The notes under the pieces: generated by a model | The model's input: the letters and a program-made list of their open reading frames with translations, nothing else | What the model was told of the DNA's origin: nothing | Database searches by the model: none | Assembly (NCBI RefSeq): GCF_000940845.1 | Contig: NZ_CP010341.1 | Span: 960,001-992,000, forward strand | DNA length: 32,000 bases | Direction: 5' to 3' | Origin: Propionibacterium freudenreichii subsp. freudenreichii | GTDB lineage: Bacteria; Actinomycetota; Actinomycetes; Propionibacteriales; Propionibacteriaceae | In this document: positions 18,252 to 26,817 of the stretch, in pieces | Layout of the letters: every line of letters begins with the position of its first letter | How positions within the stretch are numbered: the first letter of the stretch is position 1 | Translations under genes and position numbers: made by a program

Positions 18252-18289
18252 GTGCTGGTCCCGATCCCCACCGTGGTCGGGGCCAGCAC
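18252..18289 (+). terminator. stem-loop immediately after the MFS gene
   Basis: gtgctggtcccga/tcggggccagcac forms a 13-bp stem including one G-U pair, with a 12-nt loop. Confidence 0.45.
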
Positions 18290-18306
18290 CGCGTAGACTT
18301 GGGGAC

Positions 18307-18336
18307 AACCGGAGCCTCCGGTTGATCGTTCTTTTT
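18307..18336 (+). terminator. intrinsic-terminator-like hairpin with T-tract
   Basis: aaccgga-gcc-tccggtt followed by gatcgttcttttt. Confidence 0.5.
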
Positions 18337-18369
18337 GCGCAGAGATGAGGGACAACCGCCCTGACTAGC

Positions 18370-19377
18370 ATGCATGTGCAACGCGCCGATGCCGGCGATT
18401 CCGACTCGGTACGCACGCTGACCGTTCCCGCGTCGGTGGAGATGGTCAATGTGCTCGGCCCCAGCGACACCTTCCTCCGACTGCTGGAATCGCAGTTGGA
18501 CGCCGACATCCTGGTGCGCGGAAATCGCATCACGTTGACCGGCACTGATGCCGACGTCGAGCTCGCCTCGGACGTGTTCACCGAGATGATCACGATCACC
18601 CGCACCGGGCAGGGCCTCACCACCGATGCGGTCGAACGCATCGTGTCCATGGAGAGCGCCGACCCCGAGGTGGCCCCCTCCCAGGTGCTCACCCAGAACA
18701 TCCTGTCCAGCCGTGGGCGGACCATCCGGCCCAAGACGCTGAACCAGAAGCGCTATGTCGACGCGATCGACAACCACACGCTGACCTTCGGCATCGGCCC
18801 GGCCGGTACCGGCAAGACCTACCTAGCCATGGCCAAGGCCGTCCAGGCGCTGCAGTCCAAGAAGGTCAATCGCATCATCCTGACCCGTCCGGCCATCGAG
18901 GCCGGCGAGAGCCTCGGCTTCCTGCCCGGAACGCTGAACGAGAAGATCGACCCCTATCTGCGTCCCCTGTATGACGCATTGCACGACATGGTCGAGCCCG
19001 AGCGCGTTCCCAAGCTGCTGACCGGCGGGGTCATTGAGGTGGCGCCCCTGGCCTATATGCGTGGACGCACCCTCAATGACGCCTTCATCGTGCTCGACGA
19101 GGCGCAGAACACCAGCCCGGAGCAGATGAAGATGTTCCTCACCCGGTTGGGCTTCGGCTCGAAGATCGTCGTCACCGGCGATGTGACCCAGGTGGACCTG
19201 CCCGGGGGAGCGCCGAGCGGCCTGCGACAGGTCGAGAGCATCCTCGACGGCGTCGGCGATATCGCCTTCTGCCAGCTGACGAATCGCGACGTGGTGCGTC
19301 ATCGCCTGGTGGGTCGCATCGTGGCTGCCTATGACCGCTTCGATTCCCGTCGCAACGCCGCTTCGCGCGAGCGGTGA
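18370..19377 (+). CDS. phoH: PhoH-like ATPase (YbeZ)
   Basis: Walker A GPAGTGKTYLA and the motifs LTRPAIEAGESLGFLPG and LDEAQN. It begins the conserved phoH-ybeY cluster. Confidence 0.93.
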   Translation: MHVQRADAGDSDSVRTLTVPASVEMVNVLGPSDTFLRLLESQLDADILVRGNRITLTGTDADVELASDVFTEMITITRTGQGLTTDAVERIVSMESADPEVAPSQVLTQNILSSRGRTIRPKTLNQKRYVDAIDNHTLTFGIGPAGTGKTYLAMAKAVQALQSKKVNRIILTRPAIEAGESLGFLPGTLNEKIDPYLRPLYDALHDMVEPERVPKLLTGGVIEVAPLAYMRGRTLNDAFIVLDEAQNTSPEQMKMFLTRLGFGSKIVVTGDVTQVDLPGGAPSGLRQVESILDGVGDIAFCQLTNRDVVRHRLVGRIVAAYDRFDSRRNAASRER

Positions 19378-19410
19378 GCGGACCGCGCGTGGCTGTGGCG
19401 TCGCTAGGCT

Positions 19411-19875
19411 GTGTCCATGATTGACCTGAGCAATGAGTCCGGTGAAGAGGTCGACACCCAGGCGCTGATCCGACTGGCCCGCTTCGCGCTCGACAAGTTG
19501 CGCATCCACCCGCAGGCGGACCTGTCGATCCTGCTGGTGGACGTGGACACCATGACGGCCTATCACAAGCAGTTCATGAACCTCGACGGGCCCACCGACG
19601 TGATGAGCTTCCCCATGGACGAGCTGCGCGAGCCGGCCGACGGCGAGGCACCACCGCGTGGCCTGCTCGGCGACATCGTGATCTGTCCGGCCTTCACCAG
19701 CGCCCAGGCCCCCGGGAACGGGCGCACCAACCAGGAAGAGATCGAGTACCTGCTCATCCATGGGCTGCTGCACTTGTTGGGCCACGATCACGCCGAGCCC
19801 GACGAGAAGGCTGTGATGTTCGGGCTGAACGATCGGATCATTGCCGATTGGCGGGCCGAGCAGGGTTCGGACTGA
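19411..19875 (+). CDS. ybeY: rRNA maturation endoribonuclease YbeY
   Basis: Zinc motif HGLLHLLGHDH. The start is GTG 19411 or ATG 19417. Confidence 0.93.
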   Translation: MSMIDLSNESGEEVDTQALIRLARFALDKLRIHPQADLSILLVDVDTMTAYHKQFMNLDGPTDVMSFPMDELREPADGEAPPRGLLGDIVICPAFTSAQAPGNGRTNQEEIEYLLIHGLLHLLGHDHAEPDEKAVMFGLNDRIIADWRAEQGSD

Positions 19876-20028
19876 GCCGGACGCGTCGGTGGGTGCCCGC
19901 TGCGGTGTGCCCGGGGCCCCGAACCATGCACGCACGGCGCCATATCACCGGGCACGGGCGTGCCATAGACTCAACTCACCTCCGGGTTCGGTCCTGAACC
20001 CCGAACAGATGGGTGTTGACTCTTCATC

Positions 20029-21333
20029 GTGACGCAGACGGACTGGATTTTCATCATTGTCGCGGTGGTGCTCACCGTCTTCGGCAGCATGCTCGCCGCT
20101 GGTGAGACCGCCCTGCAGACCGTCTCGCGCAAGCGCGCGGAGCGCATGGTGGCCGACGGCATCCGGGGCGCTGACCGGGTGCTCGACATCGAGGCCGATC
20201 CGGCCCCGACCATCAACACCGCCATGTTGCTGCGCATCGTCTGCGAGACCGGTGCCGTGATCCTGGGCTGCCTGGTGGTCTTCGACAATTTCGATCATGA
20301 CTGGGAACGCATCGGCATCCCACTGCTGGTGTTGTCCATCATCGACTTCATCGTGTGGGGCGTCATGCCCCGCACCTTGGGCCGTCAGCGTGCCGAACAG
20401 ACGGCCGTCCGTGCCGCCCGGCCCCTCGGGGCCCTCACCTCGCTCTTCGGCTGGCTGACCAGCGGACTCATCCTGGTGGGCAATGCCCTGACACCCGGGC
20501 GTGGCTATGCCGACGGCCCGTTCAGCTCCGAGGCCGAGTTGCGCGAGATGGTCGACATCGCCGAGAAGGCCGAGGTGATCGAACACGGCGAACGCGACAT
20601 GATCCACTCCGTGTTCGAGCTCGGCGACACCCTTGTGCGCGAGGTGATGGTGCCCCGCACCGATGTGGTGTTCATCGAATCCGGCAAGACACTTCGCCAG
20701 GGCATGAGCCTGGCGTTGCGTTCCGGATTCAGTCGCATTCCAGTGATCGGGGACAATCTCGATGACGTGCGCGGCATCGTCTACCTGAAGGACCTCACCA
20801 AGCGGGTCTTCGACAATCCCGAGGCCGACCAGAAGGAAACCGTCGACCAGATCATGCGTGCGGCTGTCTTCTGCCCCGACTCCAAGCCCGTCGACGACCT
20901 GCTGACCGAGATGCAGGCCACCCGCAACCACATGGTCGTGATCGTCGACGAATTCGGTGGCTCGGCCGGCGTGGCCACCATCGAGGACCTGGTGGAGGAA
21001 ATCGTCGGTGAGATCACCGACGAATATGACGCAGAACCCGATCTTGCTGAACAATTGGACGATGGTCGCTGGCGTATCTCGGCACGGATGCCGCTCGATG
21101 AGGTCGGTGACCTGTTCGACCTCGAGCTGGACGACGAGGACGTGGAGACTGCCGGTGGCCTCATGGCCAAGCAGCTGAACCGGGTGCCGATCATCGGCTC
21201 CGAGGTGGTGTGGAAGGGCCTGCGCTTCGTGGCCGAGAAGGCCACCGGGCGCCGCCACCAGATCGACACCATCGTGGTGAGCCGCGAACCCGAACCTGAG
21301 CCATCCCCCGATCAGAAGGATGATGATGACTGA
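20029..21333 (+). CDS. hemolysin-family membrane protein (DUF21 - CBS pair - CorC/HlyC transporter-associated domain)
   Basis: N-terminal TM region, a CBS region (VREVMVPRTDVVFI...IPVIGDNLDDVRGIVYLKDL...) and a C-terminal CorC_HlyC-like region. It holds the conserved position between ybeY and era. Confidence 0.9.
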   Translation: MTQTDWIFIIVAVVLTVFGSMLAAGETALQTVSRKRAERMVADGIRGADRVLDIEADPAPTINTAMLLRIVCETGAVILGCLVVFDNFDHDWERIGIPLLVLSIIDFIVWGVMPRTLGRQRAEQTAVRAARPLGALTSLFGWLTSGLILVGNALTPGRGYADGPFSSEAELREMVDIAEKAEVIEHGERDMIHSVFELGDTLVREVMVPRTDVVFIESGKTLRQGMSLALRSGFSRIPVIGDNLDDVRGIVYLKDLTKRVFDNPEADQKETVDQIMRAAVFCPDSKPVDDLLTEMQATRNHMVVIVDEFGGSAGVATIEDLVEEIVGEITDEYDAEPDLAEQLDDGRWRISARMPLDEVGDLFDLELDDEDVETAGGLMAKQLNRVPIIGSEVVWKGLRFVAEKATGRRHQIDTIVVSREPEPEPSPDQKDDDD

Positions 21334-22270
21334 CCAACAGCCCGCGGGCAGCCAGGAATTCCGCAGCGGATTCGTCTGCTTCGTCGGACGCCCGAATGCC
21401 GGGAAGTCGACGCTCACCAATGCCTTGGTGGGTTCGAAGATCGCCATCACCAGCAGCAAGCCGCAGACCACGCGCCATGCCGTGCGGGGCGTGCTCCACC
21501 GTGCCGATGGCCAGCTGATCATCATCGACACCCCCGGGCTGAGCAAGCCGCGCTCCCTGCTGCAACAGCGTCTCAATGATCTGGTGCGTTCCACCTGGTC
21601 GGAGGTCGATGTGGTTGCGCTCGTGTTCCCTGCCGATGAGCACATCGGTCCCGGCGACATCTACCTGGCAACCCAGCTCGCCGAACTCGCCAAGCCGCCG
21701 ACCCTGGTGGCGATCGTGACCAAGACCGATCTGGTCAGTCCCGAACGGCTGGCCAAACACCTGCTGCGCGTCGCCAGGTTGCAGGACGACCTGGCCATCA
21801 CCTTCGCCCACATCCTGCCCTGCTCGGCCCGGTCGGGCTCCCAGGTGGGGGAGGTGGCCGATGTGCTCCTCAGCCTGATGCCCCCGGGTCCCGACTACTA
21901 TCCCGACGGTGAGATCACCGATGAGCCCGACGAGACCCTCGTGGCCGAGCTCATCCGCGAGGCGGCACTGGAGGAGGTCCGTGACGAGCTTCCCCACTCG
22001 ATCGCCGTGGAGGTGGACGAGATGATGCTGCGCGACGGTCGCCCGATCGACCGTCCACTGGTCGACATCTTCGCTTCGATGATCGTCGAGCGCGATTCGC
22101 AGCGCGGGATCATGGTGGGCCATGCCGGTGAGCGCATCAAGCGCATCGGCGTGCGGGCCCGACGCCAGATTCGGGCGCTGCTGGGCACCCAAGTGCACCT
22201 TGACCTGCGCGTCAAGGTGGTCAAGGACTGGCAACGCGATGCAAAGCAGTTGAACCGCCTCGGTTTCTGA
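21320..22270 (+). CDS. era: GTPase Era
   Basis: G1 GRPNAGKST, G3 DTPG, G4 TKTD and a KH domain at the C-terminus. It overlaps the previous gene by 14 nt. Confidence 0.95.
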   Translation: MMMTDQQPAGSQEFRSGFVCFVGRPNAGKSTLTNALVGSKIAITSSKPQTTRHAVRGVLHRADGQLIIIDTPGLSKPRSLLQQRLNDLVRSTWSEVDVVALVFPADEHIGPGDIYLATQLAELAKPPTLVAIVTKTDLVSPERLAKHLLRVARLQDDLAITFAHILPCSARSGSQVGEVADVLLSLMPPGPDYYPDGEITDEPDETLVAELIREAALEEVRDELPHSIAVEVDEMMLRDGRPIDRPLVDIFASMIVERDSQRGIMVGHAGERIKRIGVRARRQIRALLGTQVHLDLRVKVVKDWQRDAKQLNRLGF

Positions 22271-22310
22271 GCGTCCATAATGGCTGCAGGCGGTTGATGG
22301 CGGAAAGGTC

Positions 22311-22928
22311 GTGCGCAAGATGACGCTATTCGGACGCAGCCGTAGGCAGGCATGGGGCACCAAGGTGGTCTATGAACGCGTCGATGATGCCCGGGGCAAC
22401 AAGGTGGGCGCGGCCGTCCATGACATCGGCTCCACCAATGTGTTGACGCTGCTGGTGGTTCCCACCCCGCAGGGCGGTATTCATGAGGTCAGTTCGCGGA
22501 TCGAGTGCCAGAATTCGAATCCGTTCACATGGACCCACAGTTTCCACATCGTCGACGGCACCCTGCTCGACGTGGGGCGCACCGACCAGATGCCTGCATT
22601 CTGCGTTCCCATGTGGGCTGAATTCGCCGTGGCCAGCTACCTGGCCGAGCATGACAAGCATGAGCCCGTCGAATGCTCGATGATCGACGAATCGAGCGGG
22701 GATGCGCATCCCGCCGCCTTCGCATGGTCCGGGCACGATAGCGTGGTGTGGAGCGTCGATGGTGCCGTGCGGTGCCGTCATGGCGTGACCGATGGGGAGA
22801 TCACTGTGAGCGAGTGGCCCGGATTCACCAGCGTGCGCGTGAGTGATGAGGACGAGCTGCTCCGCGGCATCTCGGCACAGATCCGCTATCGGGTTGTTGA
22901 TTTTGTGAGGGGCATCGAGTCGCGCTGA
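22311..22928 (+). CDS. hypothetical protein, no family recognised
   Basis: 205-aa ORF 40 nt after era. In my hand reading of the codons, third positions are clearly more G/C-rich than first positions. This favours this strand over the overlapping antisense ORF 22326-22961. The start is GTG 22311 or ATG 22320. Confidence 0.6.
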   Translation: MRKMTLFGRSRRQAWGTKVVYERVDDARGNKVGAAVHDIGSTNVLTLLVVPTPQGGIHEVSSRIECQNSNPFTWTHSFHIVDGTLLDVGRTDQMPAFCVPMWAEFAVASYLAEHDKHEPVECSMIDESSGDAHPAAFAWSGHDSVVWSVDGAVRCRHGVTDGEITVSEWPGFTSVRVSDEDELLRGISAQIRYRVVDFVRGIESR

Positions 22929-22954
22929 TAACAGTGCGCTCAGCGTCCGCGGCG

Positions 22955-22968
22955 ATGGCAATTGCCAT
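22955..22968. promoter_or_regulatory. perfect 14-bp palindrome atggcaattgccat (possible operator)
   Basis: A perfect self-complementary 14-mer in a locally AT-richer stretch, about 70 nt upstream of the small ORF start at 23039. Confidence 0.3.
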
Positions 22969-23038
22969 GGTCTTCACAAAGTGGTTGCAAGAATGTGGAT
23001 GCAGTTTCAGCGGCGTCACACCAAGGAGAGGAAGAACA

Positions 23039-23173
23039 ATGGCAAAGAAGTCACAAGAGGTAACCGGTAAGAAGAAGCACAAGCTGCTGCGTTGCCTGCT
23101 GTGGTGCACCGCGTTGAGTGGCGCGGTCGTCGCAGCCGTCATCTACCTGGGTCGTCCCGGAACGGGCGAATAG
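23039..23173 (+). CDS. small Lys-rich single-pass membrane protein (44 aa), hypothetical
   Basis: A purine-rich RBS aaggagaggaag (23023-23034) precedes ATG 23039. The product is MAKKSQEVTGKKKHKLLRCLLWCTALSGAVVAAVIYLGRPGTGE, a basic N-terminus followed by one TM helix. A strong hairpin follows. The listed 79-aa version from 22934 has no RBS. Confidence 0.5.
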   Translation: MAKKSQEVTGKKKHKLLRCLLWCTALSGAVVAAVIYLGRPGTGE

Positions 23174-23188
23174 GTCACGCACTGAAGG

Positions 23189-23235
23189 GCAAGGGGGCGG
23201 GCAGAACCAGCAATGGTCCTGCCCGCCCCCCTTGC
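23189..23235. terminator. strong stem-loop between convergent genes (putative bidirectional terminator)
   Basis: gcaagggggcgggcagaacc / ggtcctgcccgccccccttgc forms a stem of about 19 bp with one bulge and one mismatch and a 6-nt loop. It lies between the small ORF stop (23173) and the amidohydrolase stop (23303). Confidence 0.55.
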
Positions 23236-23302
23236 ATGCCGCAGTGATTGCCGCCCGGGATGGCCCCACGAGGTCCGGGCCGCGGCCCGGGTGCGGGGGA
23301 GG

Positions 23303-24799
23303 TCAGGCGTCGGCGCGATGGGTGATGCGGCCGCGCGACATCGTCAGATAGGGGCGCATTCCGGCCAGTGCCTCTGGCTGGATGGTGAAGGGATCATCGT
23401 CGAGCACCACCAGGTCGGCGCGCCCGCCGGGGACCAACTGGTTGATGCCGGAGGTCGAGGCGCGCAGTGCCTGCCCGACGCTGAGTGTCTCGTCGGGCTG
23501 CCAGGCGCCGTCGGACGATCCGGGTTCCCTGCCCGTGACCGCCACCGAAATCGCCAGCCATGGGTCGAGTGGGGCCACCGGGGCGTCCGAGCCGAAGACC
23601 AACCGGATGCGGGCCGCTGCCATCGAGGCCAGGGCGTGCACATGGCGGGGACGCTCGGTCCACACCTCGGCGAACCCGAGTCGGTCGGCGATGATCTGGG
23701 CGGGCTGCACGCTGGCGGTCAACCCGAGGTCCGCCATGCGGGCCAGGTCGCCGTCGTGCATCACGGTGGCGTGTTCGACCGTTCCGTGCGCGCCAGTCTC
23801 GGCAAAGCACTCCAGGACCCTGGCCACGGTGGCATCCCCGATGGCATGCACCGCCACCTCGATGCCGCTGCGTTCGGCCAGGCTCATCAGCCTGCTCAGC
23901 TCCGCGGCACTGATGTCGGCCGTGCCGTGCGGGTCGATGCCGGGGGCGGGGCGACGATAGCTCTCCGTGCACCAGGCGGTGCGGGCCGATACCGAGCCGT
24001 CGGCGATCACCTTGAGTGGCCCGGCGGTGAGCCACTGGTCGTCGTCGAGCAGTGCTCCCGTGGCCAGTCCGGTGGCCACCCAGTCATCCACCGTGTCCGG
24101 CCAACAGGCGATGCGCACCTGCAGCCGCTGGTCGGGGGAGGCGGCCCGGTTGCGCCATGCGTCGATGCGATGGCCCCCCGTCTGCATGTCGACGATGCCG
24201 ACCACCCCGCGGGCCGCCGCCTCGGACTGGGCGTCGATCAGTGCCCGGCTGCGGGCAGCCCGGTCCACCTCGTCGAGCCGGTCCTCCAGGGCGAAGGCGT
24301 CCTGTTCCCGCAGCACGCCGCTACTGGCGGTGCCGGTCACCCGGTCGCGGAAGCCCCACTGTTGCAGGCCCCGGCTGTTCACCCACACCGAGTGCAGGTC
24401 GTTCATGTACACCGCCACGGGATGGTTACCGCTGATCGCGTCCAGCTCACGGGTGTCGGGCCGGTCGGGCCACTGTGAATCGCGGGCGCCCACGGCGATG
24501 AGGGCCGCTCCCGCGGGCAGTCGGGTGATGGAGGCAGCCAGCCGGCTCAGGGTGTCATTGGCCGAGACGCATCCGGAGACGTCCAGGCGGGTCTTGGAGG
24601 CTGCCCACAGGTCGAAGTGCACGTGGTAGTCCCACAGTCCCGGCATGACGATGCGGCCCTCCAGGTCGATCACCTCGTCGTCGGGAGCGATCATGGCTGG
24701 CCCGCCTCGCCTGACTTGGTTGCCGCTGACCAACACGTCGTGGGGAAGTCCGACCCGACCGGTGGTGAGGTCGAGCAGACGGGCGTGTCGAAACATCAT
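23303..24799 (-). CDS. metal-dependent amidohydrolase (amidohydrolase-3 / YtcJ-like family)
   Basis: The motif MPGLWDYHVHF (HxH metal site) follows an N-terminal beta-sandwich-like segment, and AVHAIGD and SDAPV motifs lie downstream. The ORF is open up to GTG 24868. I prefer the ATG pair at 24799/24796 (MMFRHARLLDL...). Confidence 0.8.
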   Translation of the reverse strand: MMFRHARLLDLTTGRVGLPHDVLVSGNQVRRGGPAMIAPDDEVIDLEGRIVMPGLWDYHVHFDLWAASKTRLDVSGCVSANDTLSRLAASITRLPAGAALIAVGARDSQWPDRPDTRELDAISGNHPVAVYMNDLHSVWVNSRGLQQWGFRDRVTGTASSGVLREQDAFALEDRLDEVDRAARSRALIDAQSEAAARGVVGIVDMQTGGHRIDAWRNRAASPDQRLQVRIACWPDTVDDWVATGLATGALLDDDQWLTAGPLKVIADGSVSARTAWCTESYRRPAPGIDPHGTADISAAELSRLMSLAERSGIEVAVHAIGDATVARVLECFAETGAHGTVEHATVMHDGDLARMADLGLTASVQPAQIIADRLGFAEVWTERPRHVHALASMAAARIRLVFGSDAPVAPLDPWLAISVAVTGREPGSSDGAWQPDETLSVGQALRASTSGINQLVPGGRADLVVLDDDPFTIQPEALAGMRPYLTMSRGRITHRADA

Positions 24800-24855
24800 G
24801 CGCCCCATCAAAGCCGACGCCCACCCCGGTGCGCGCCACGGACGATAACTGGACA

Positions 24856-24886
24856 TTGCCATCGGCACGCGGCAAGCGACTACAGT
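24856..24886 (+). promoter_or_regulatory. candidate promoter for the leuA leader
   Basis: ttgcca (24856-24861), a 19-nt spacer, then tacagt (24881-24886), about 30 nt upstream of the leader-peptide ATG. Judged by eye only. Confidence 0.3.
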
Positions 24887-24914
24887 AATTCTCGTGACAT
24901 TTGCGGCGTGCCCG

Positions 24915-24959
24915 ATGGGTCTCCTCCTTGGTTGCCGCAGCGAGGGCCGTTTCTTCTAG
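24915..24959 (+). CDS. candidate leuA leader peptide MGLLLGCRSEGRFF (three consecutive Leu codons)
   Basis: atg ggt ctc ctc ctt ggt tgc cgc agc gag ggc cgt ttc ttc tag, ending 80 nt upstream of leuA. It overlaps the left arm of an 11-bp perfect inverted repeat. Confidence 0.5.
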   Translation: MGLLLGCRSEGRFF

Positions 24960-25013
24960 CTGGCCATCCTCGCTGCGGAGTTCTGACGCGTCGGCGCCCG
25001 GGCGACCCCGGGT
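24935..25013 (+). promoter_or_regulatory. candidate attenuator structures in the leuA leader
   Basis: A perfect 11-bp inverted repeat ccgcagcgagg (24935-24945) / cctcgctgcgg (24968-24978) encloses the leader stop codon. A second hairpin gcccggg-cgac-cccgggt (24996-25013) is followed by cttccatat. Confidence 0.45.
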
Positions 25014-25039
25014 CTTCCATATCCGTGAAGAGGATTCGG

Positions 25040-26806
25040 ATGTCCACCACCTTTCAACCTTCCAAGAGCTTCGCCGCCCCGCACGTCTGTGGGCTCTCCC
25101 AGCCCATCGCGACGCCCAGCGGCATGAACTACGAGCGCTACCAGCCCTTCCATCCGATGAGCCTGCCCGACCGCACATGGCCGGACCAGCGGATCACCAA
25201 GGCGCCCCGGTGGCTGTCCACCGACTTGCGCGACGGCAACCAGGCCCTGATCGATCCGATGACCCCGGCCCGCAAGCGCAAGATGTTCGACCTGCTGGTC
25301 AAGATGGGGTACAAGGAGATCGAGATCGGCTTCCCGTCCGCGTCACAGACCGAATGGGACTTCGTCCGCTCCCTCATCGAGGACCCCGAGGCGATTCCCG
25401 ATGACGTGGTGATCTCGGTTCTGACGCAGGCCCGTGAGGACCTGATCGATCGCACGGTGCAGTCGCTGGTCGGCGCCAAGCGCGCCACCGTCCACATGTA
25501 CAACGCGACGGCCGAGCTGTTCCGCCGCGTCGTCTTCCACACCACCCAACAGGGCACCATCGACCTGGCCCAACAGGGCACCCGATGGGTGATCGACGCC
25601 ATCGAGAAGTACCTGCCCGACACACCCATCGGCTACGAGTACAGCCCCGAGATCTTCACCCAGACGCCCACCGACTACGCCATTGAGGTGTGCGATCGCG
25701 TCATGGACGTATGGCAGCCCGACGATGAACGCGAAATCATCCTGAACCTGCCGGCGACCGTCGAGATGTCGACGCCGAACACCTACGCCGACCAGATCGA
25801 GTACTTCTCGCGTAATATCTCGCACCGTGACAATGTGTGCATCTCAATGCACTGCCACAACGACCGGGGCTGCGCCGTGGCAGCCTCCGAGCTGGGCCAG
25901 ATGGCCGGCGCCCAACGCGTCGAGGGTTGCCTGTTCGGCCACGGCGAGCGTACCGGCAATGTCGACCTGGTGACCCTGGGCATGAACCTGTTCAGCCAGG
26001 GCATCGATCCGATGATCGACTTCTCCGACATGGACACCATCCGGCGCACCGTCGAGTACTGCACCGGGATGCCGGTGCCGGCCCGTTCCCCCTATGCCGG
26101 CGACCTGGTCTACACGGCGTTCTCGGGATCGCATCAGGATGCGATCAAGAAGGGCCTGGAAGACCTGGAGACCCGGGCCAGGGCAGAGGGCACCTCGATC
26201 CACAAGATCCGTTGGGAGGCCCCCTACCTGCCGGTTGATCCCCAGGACGTGGGGCGCACCTATGAGGCCGTGATCCGCGTCAACAGCCAGTCGGGCAAGG
26301 GCGGCATGGCCTACCTGATGAAGGCGGATCACCACCTGGAGCTGCCCCGTCGCCTGCAGATGGAGTTCAGTGGCGTGGTGCAGGCCCAGGCGGATGATTC
26401 CGGCCACGAGGTCACCAGCCCGGTGCTGTGGGACATCTTTGATTCCGAGTACCTCCGCCGCGATACCCCCTTCAAGCTGGGTGAATTCACCGTCGGTGCA
26501 GCCCACGGCCAGACGCAGATCACTGCCGACCTCGATGTGCGGGGCAAGCAGACCACGGTGACCGGGGAGGGCAACGGCCCGCTGTCGGCATTCATCGACG
26601 CGCTGGGCCAGGTGGGCGCCCACGTGCGCGTGCTCGACTACACCGAGCACGCCCTGACCTCCGGCGGCGACGCCTATGCGGCCGCCTATGTGGAATGTGA
26701 GGTGGGCGAGGGCGACAACACCCAGGTGCTGTGGGGCGTGGGCATCGATCCCGACATCACCACCGCCACCCTGAAGGCGGCATTGAGCGCGCTCGACCGG
26801 GCCTGA
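25040..26806 (+). CDS. leuA: 2-isopropylmalate synthase (long actinobacterial form)
   Basis: WLSTDLRDGNQALIDPM, HCHNDRGCAVA and the C-terminal LeuA dimerisation/regulatory region are present. ATG 25040; the listed ORF start 24617 is a spurious extension through the leader and the divergent gene. Confidence 0.95.
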   Translation: MSTTFQPSKSFAAPHVCGLSQPIATPSGMNYERYQPFHPMSLPDRTWPDQRITKAPRWLSTDLRDGNQALIDPMTPARKRKMFDLLVKMGYKEIEIGFPSASQTEWDFVRSLIEDPEAIPDDVVISVLTQAREDLIDRTVQSLVGAKRATVHMYNATAELFRRVVFHTTQQGTIDLAQQGTRWVIDAIEKYLPDTPIGYEYSPEIFTQTPTDYAIEVCDRVMDVWQPDDEREIILNLPATVEMSTPNTYADQIEYFSRNISHRDNVCISMHCHNDRGCAVAASELGQMAGAQRVEGCLFGHGERTGNVDLVTLGMNLFSQGIDPMIDFSDMDTIRRTVEYCTGMPVPARSPYAGDLVYTAFSGSHQDAIKKGLEDLETRARAEGTSIHKIRWEAPYLPVDPQDVGRTYEAVIRVNSQSGKGGMAYLMKADHHLELPRRLQMEFSGVVQAQADDSGHEVTSPVLWDIFDSEYLRRDTPFKLGEFTVGAAHGQTQITADLDVRGKQTTVTGEGNGPLSAFIDALGQVGAHVRVLDYTEHALTSGGDAYAAAYVECEVGEGDNTQVLWGVGIDPDITTATLKAALSALDRA

Positions 26807-26817
26807 TCCGGCTTCGC

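Noticed and set aside
16790-18355. 521-aa ORF on the minus strand
   Set aside because: It is antisense to the MFS transporter, whose TM pattern and MHS motifs identify the plus strand as coding.
19876-20028. 153-nt gap between ybeY and the CBS-domain gene as a possible sRNA or small ORF locus
   Set aside because: It has only a weak 6-bp hairpin and no ORF with an RBS. An in-frame stop 4 codons upstream of GTG 20029 fixes the downstream gene start.
19945-21660. 571-aa ORF on the minus strand
   Set aside because: It is antisense to the well-supported CBS/CorC gene and the start of era, and its low-complexity composition gives no motifs.
22326-22961. 211-aa minus-strand ORF mirroring the era-downstream hypothetical gene
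   Set aside because: Hand inspection shows the G/C-richest codon position corresponds to position 3 of the plus-strand frame. The plus ORF is also positioned as a continuation of the era operon. This is less certain than the other rejections.
22934-23038. N-terminal 35 codons of the listed 79-aa ORF
   Set aside because: No RBS precedes 22934. The region contains the palindrome and has AT-rich, promoter-like composition, and a strong RBS precedes the internal ATG at 23039.
23213-24478. 421-aa ORF on the plus strand
   Set aside because: It is antisense to the amidohydrolase, which carries the HxH metal motif and family-typical downstream motifs on the minus strand.
24617-25039. Upstream extension of the listed leuA ORF, with similar extensions for hrcA (8492), recO (27392), hemW (5214), the DUF3097-like gene (6376) and the acidic protein (13777)
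   Set aside because: The extensions overlap neighbouring genes or leaders. They encode low-complexity sequence absent from the known family N-termini, and better-placed starts with RBS-like sequences exist downstream.
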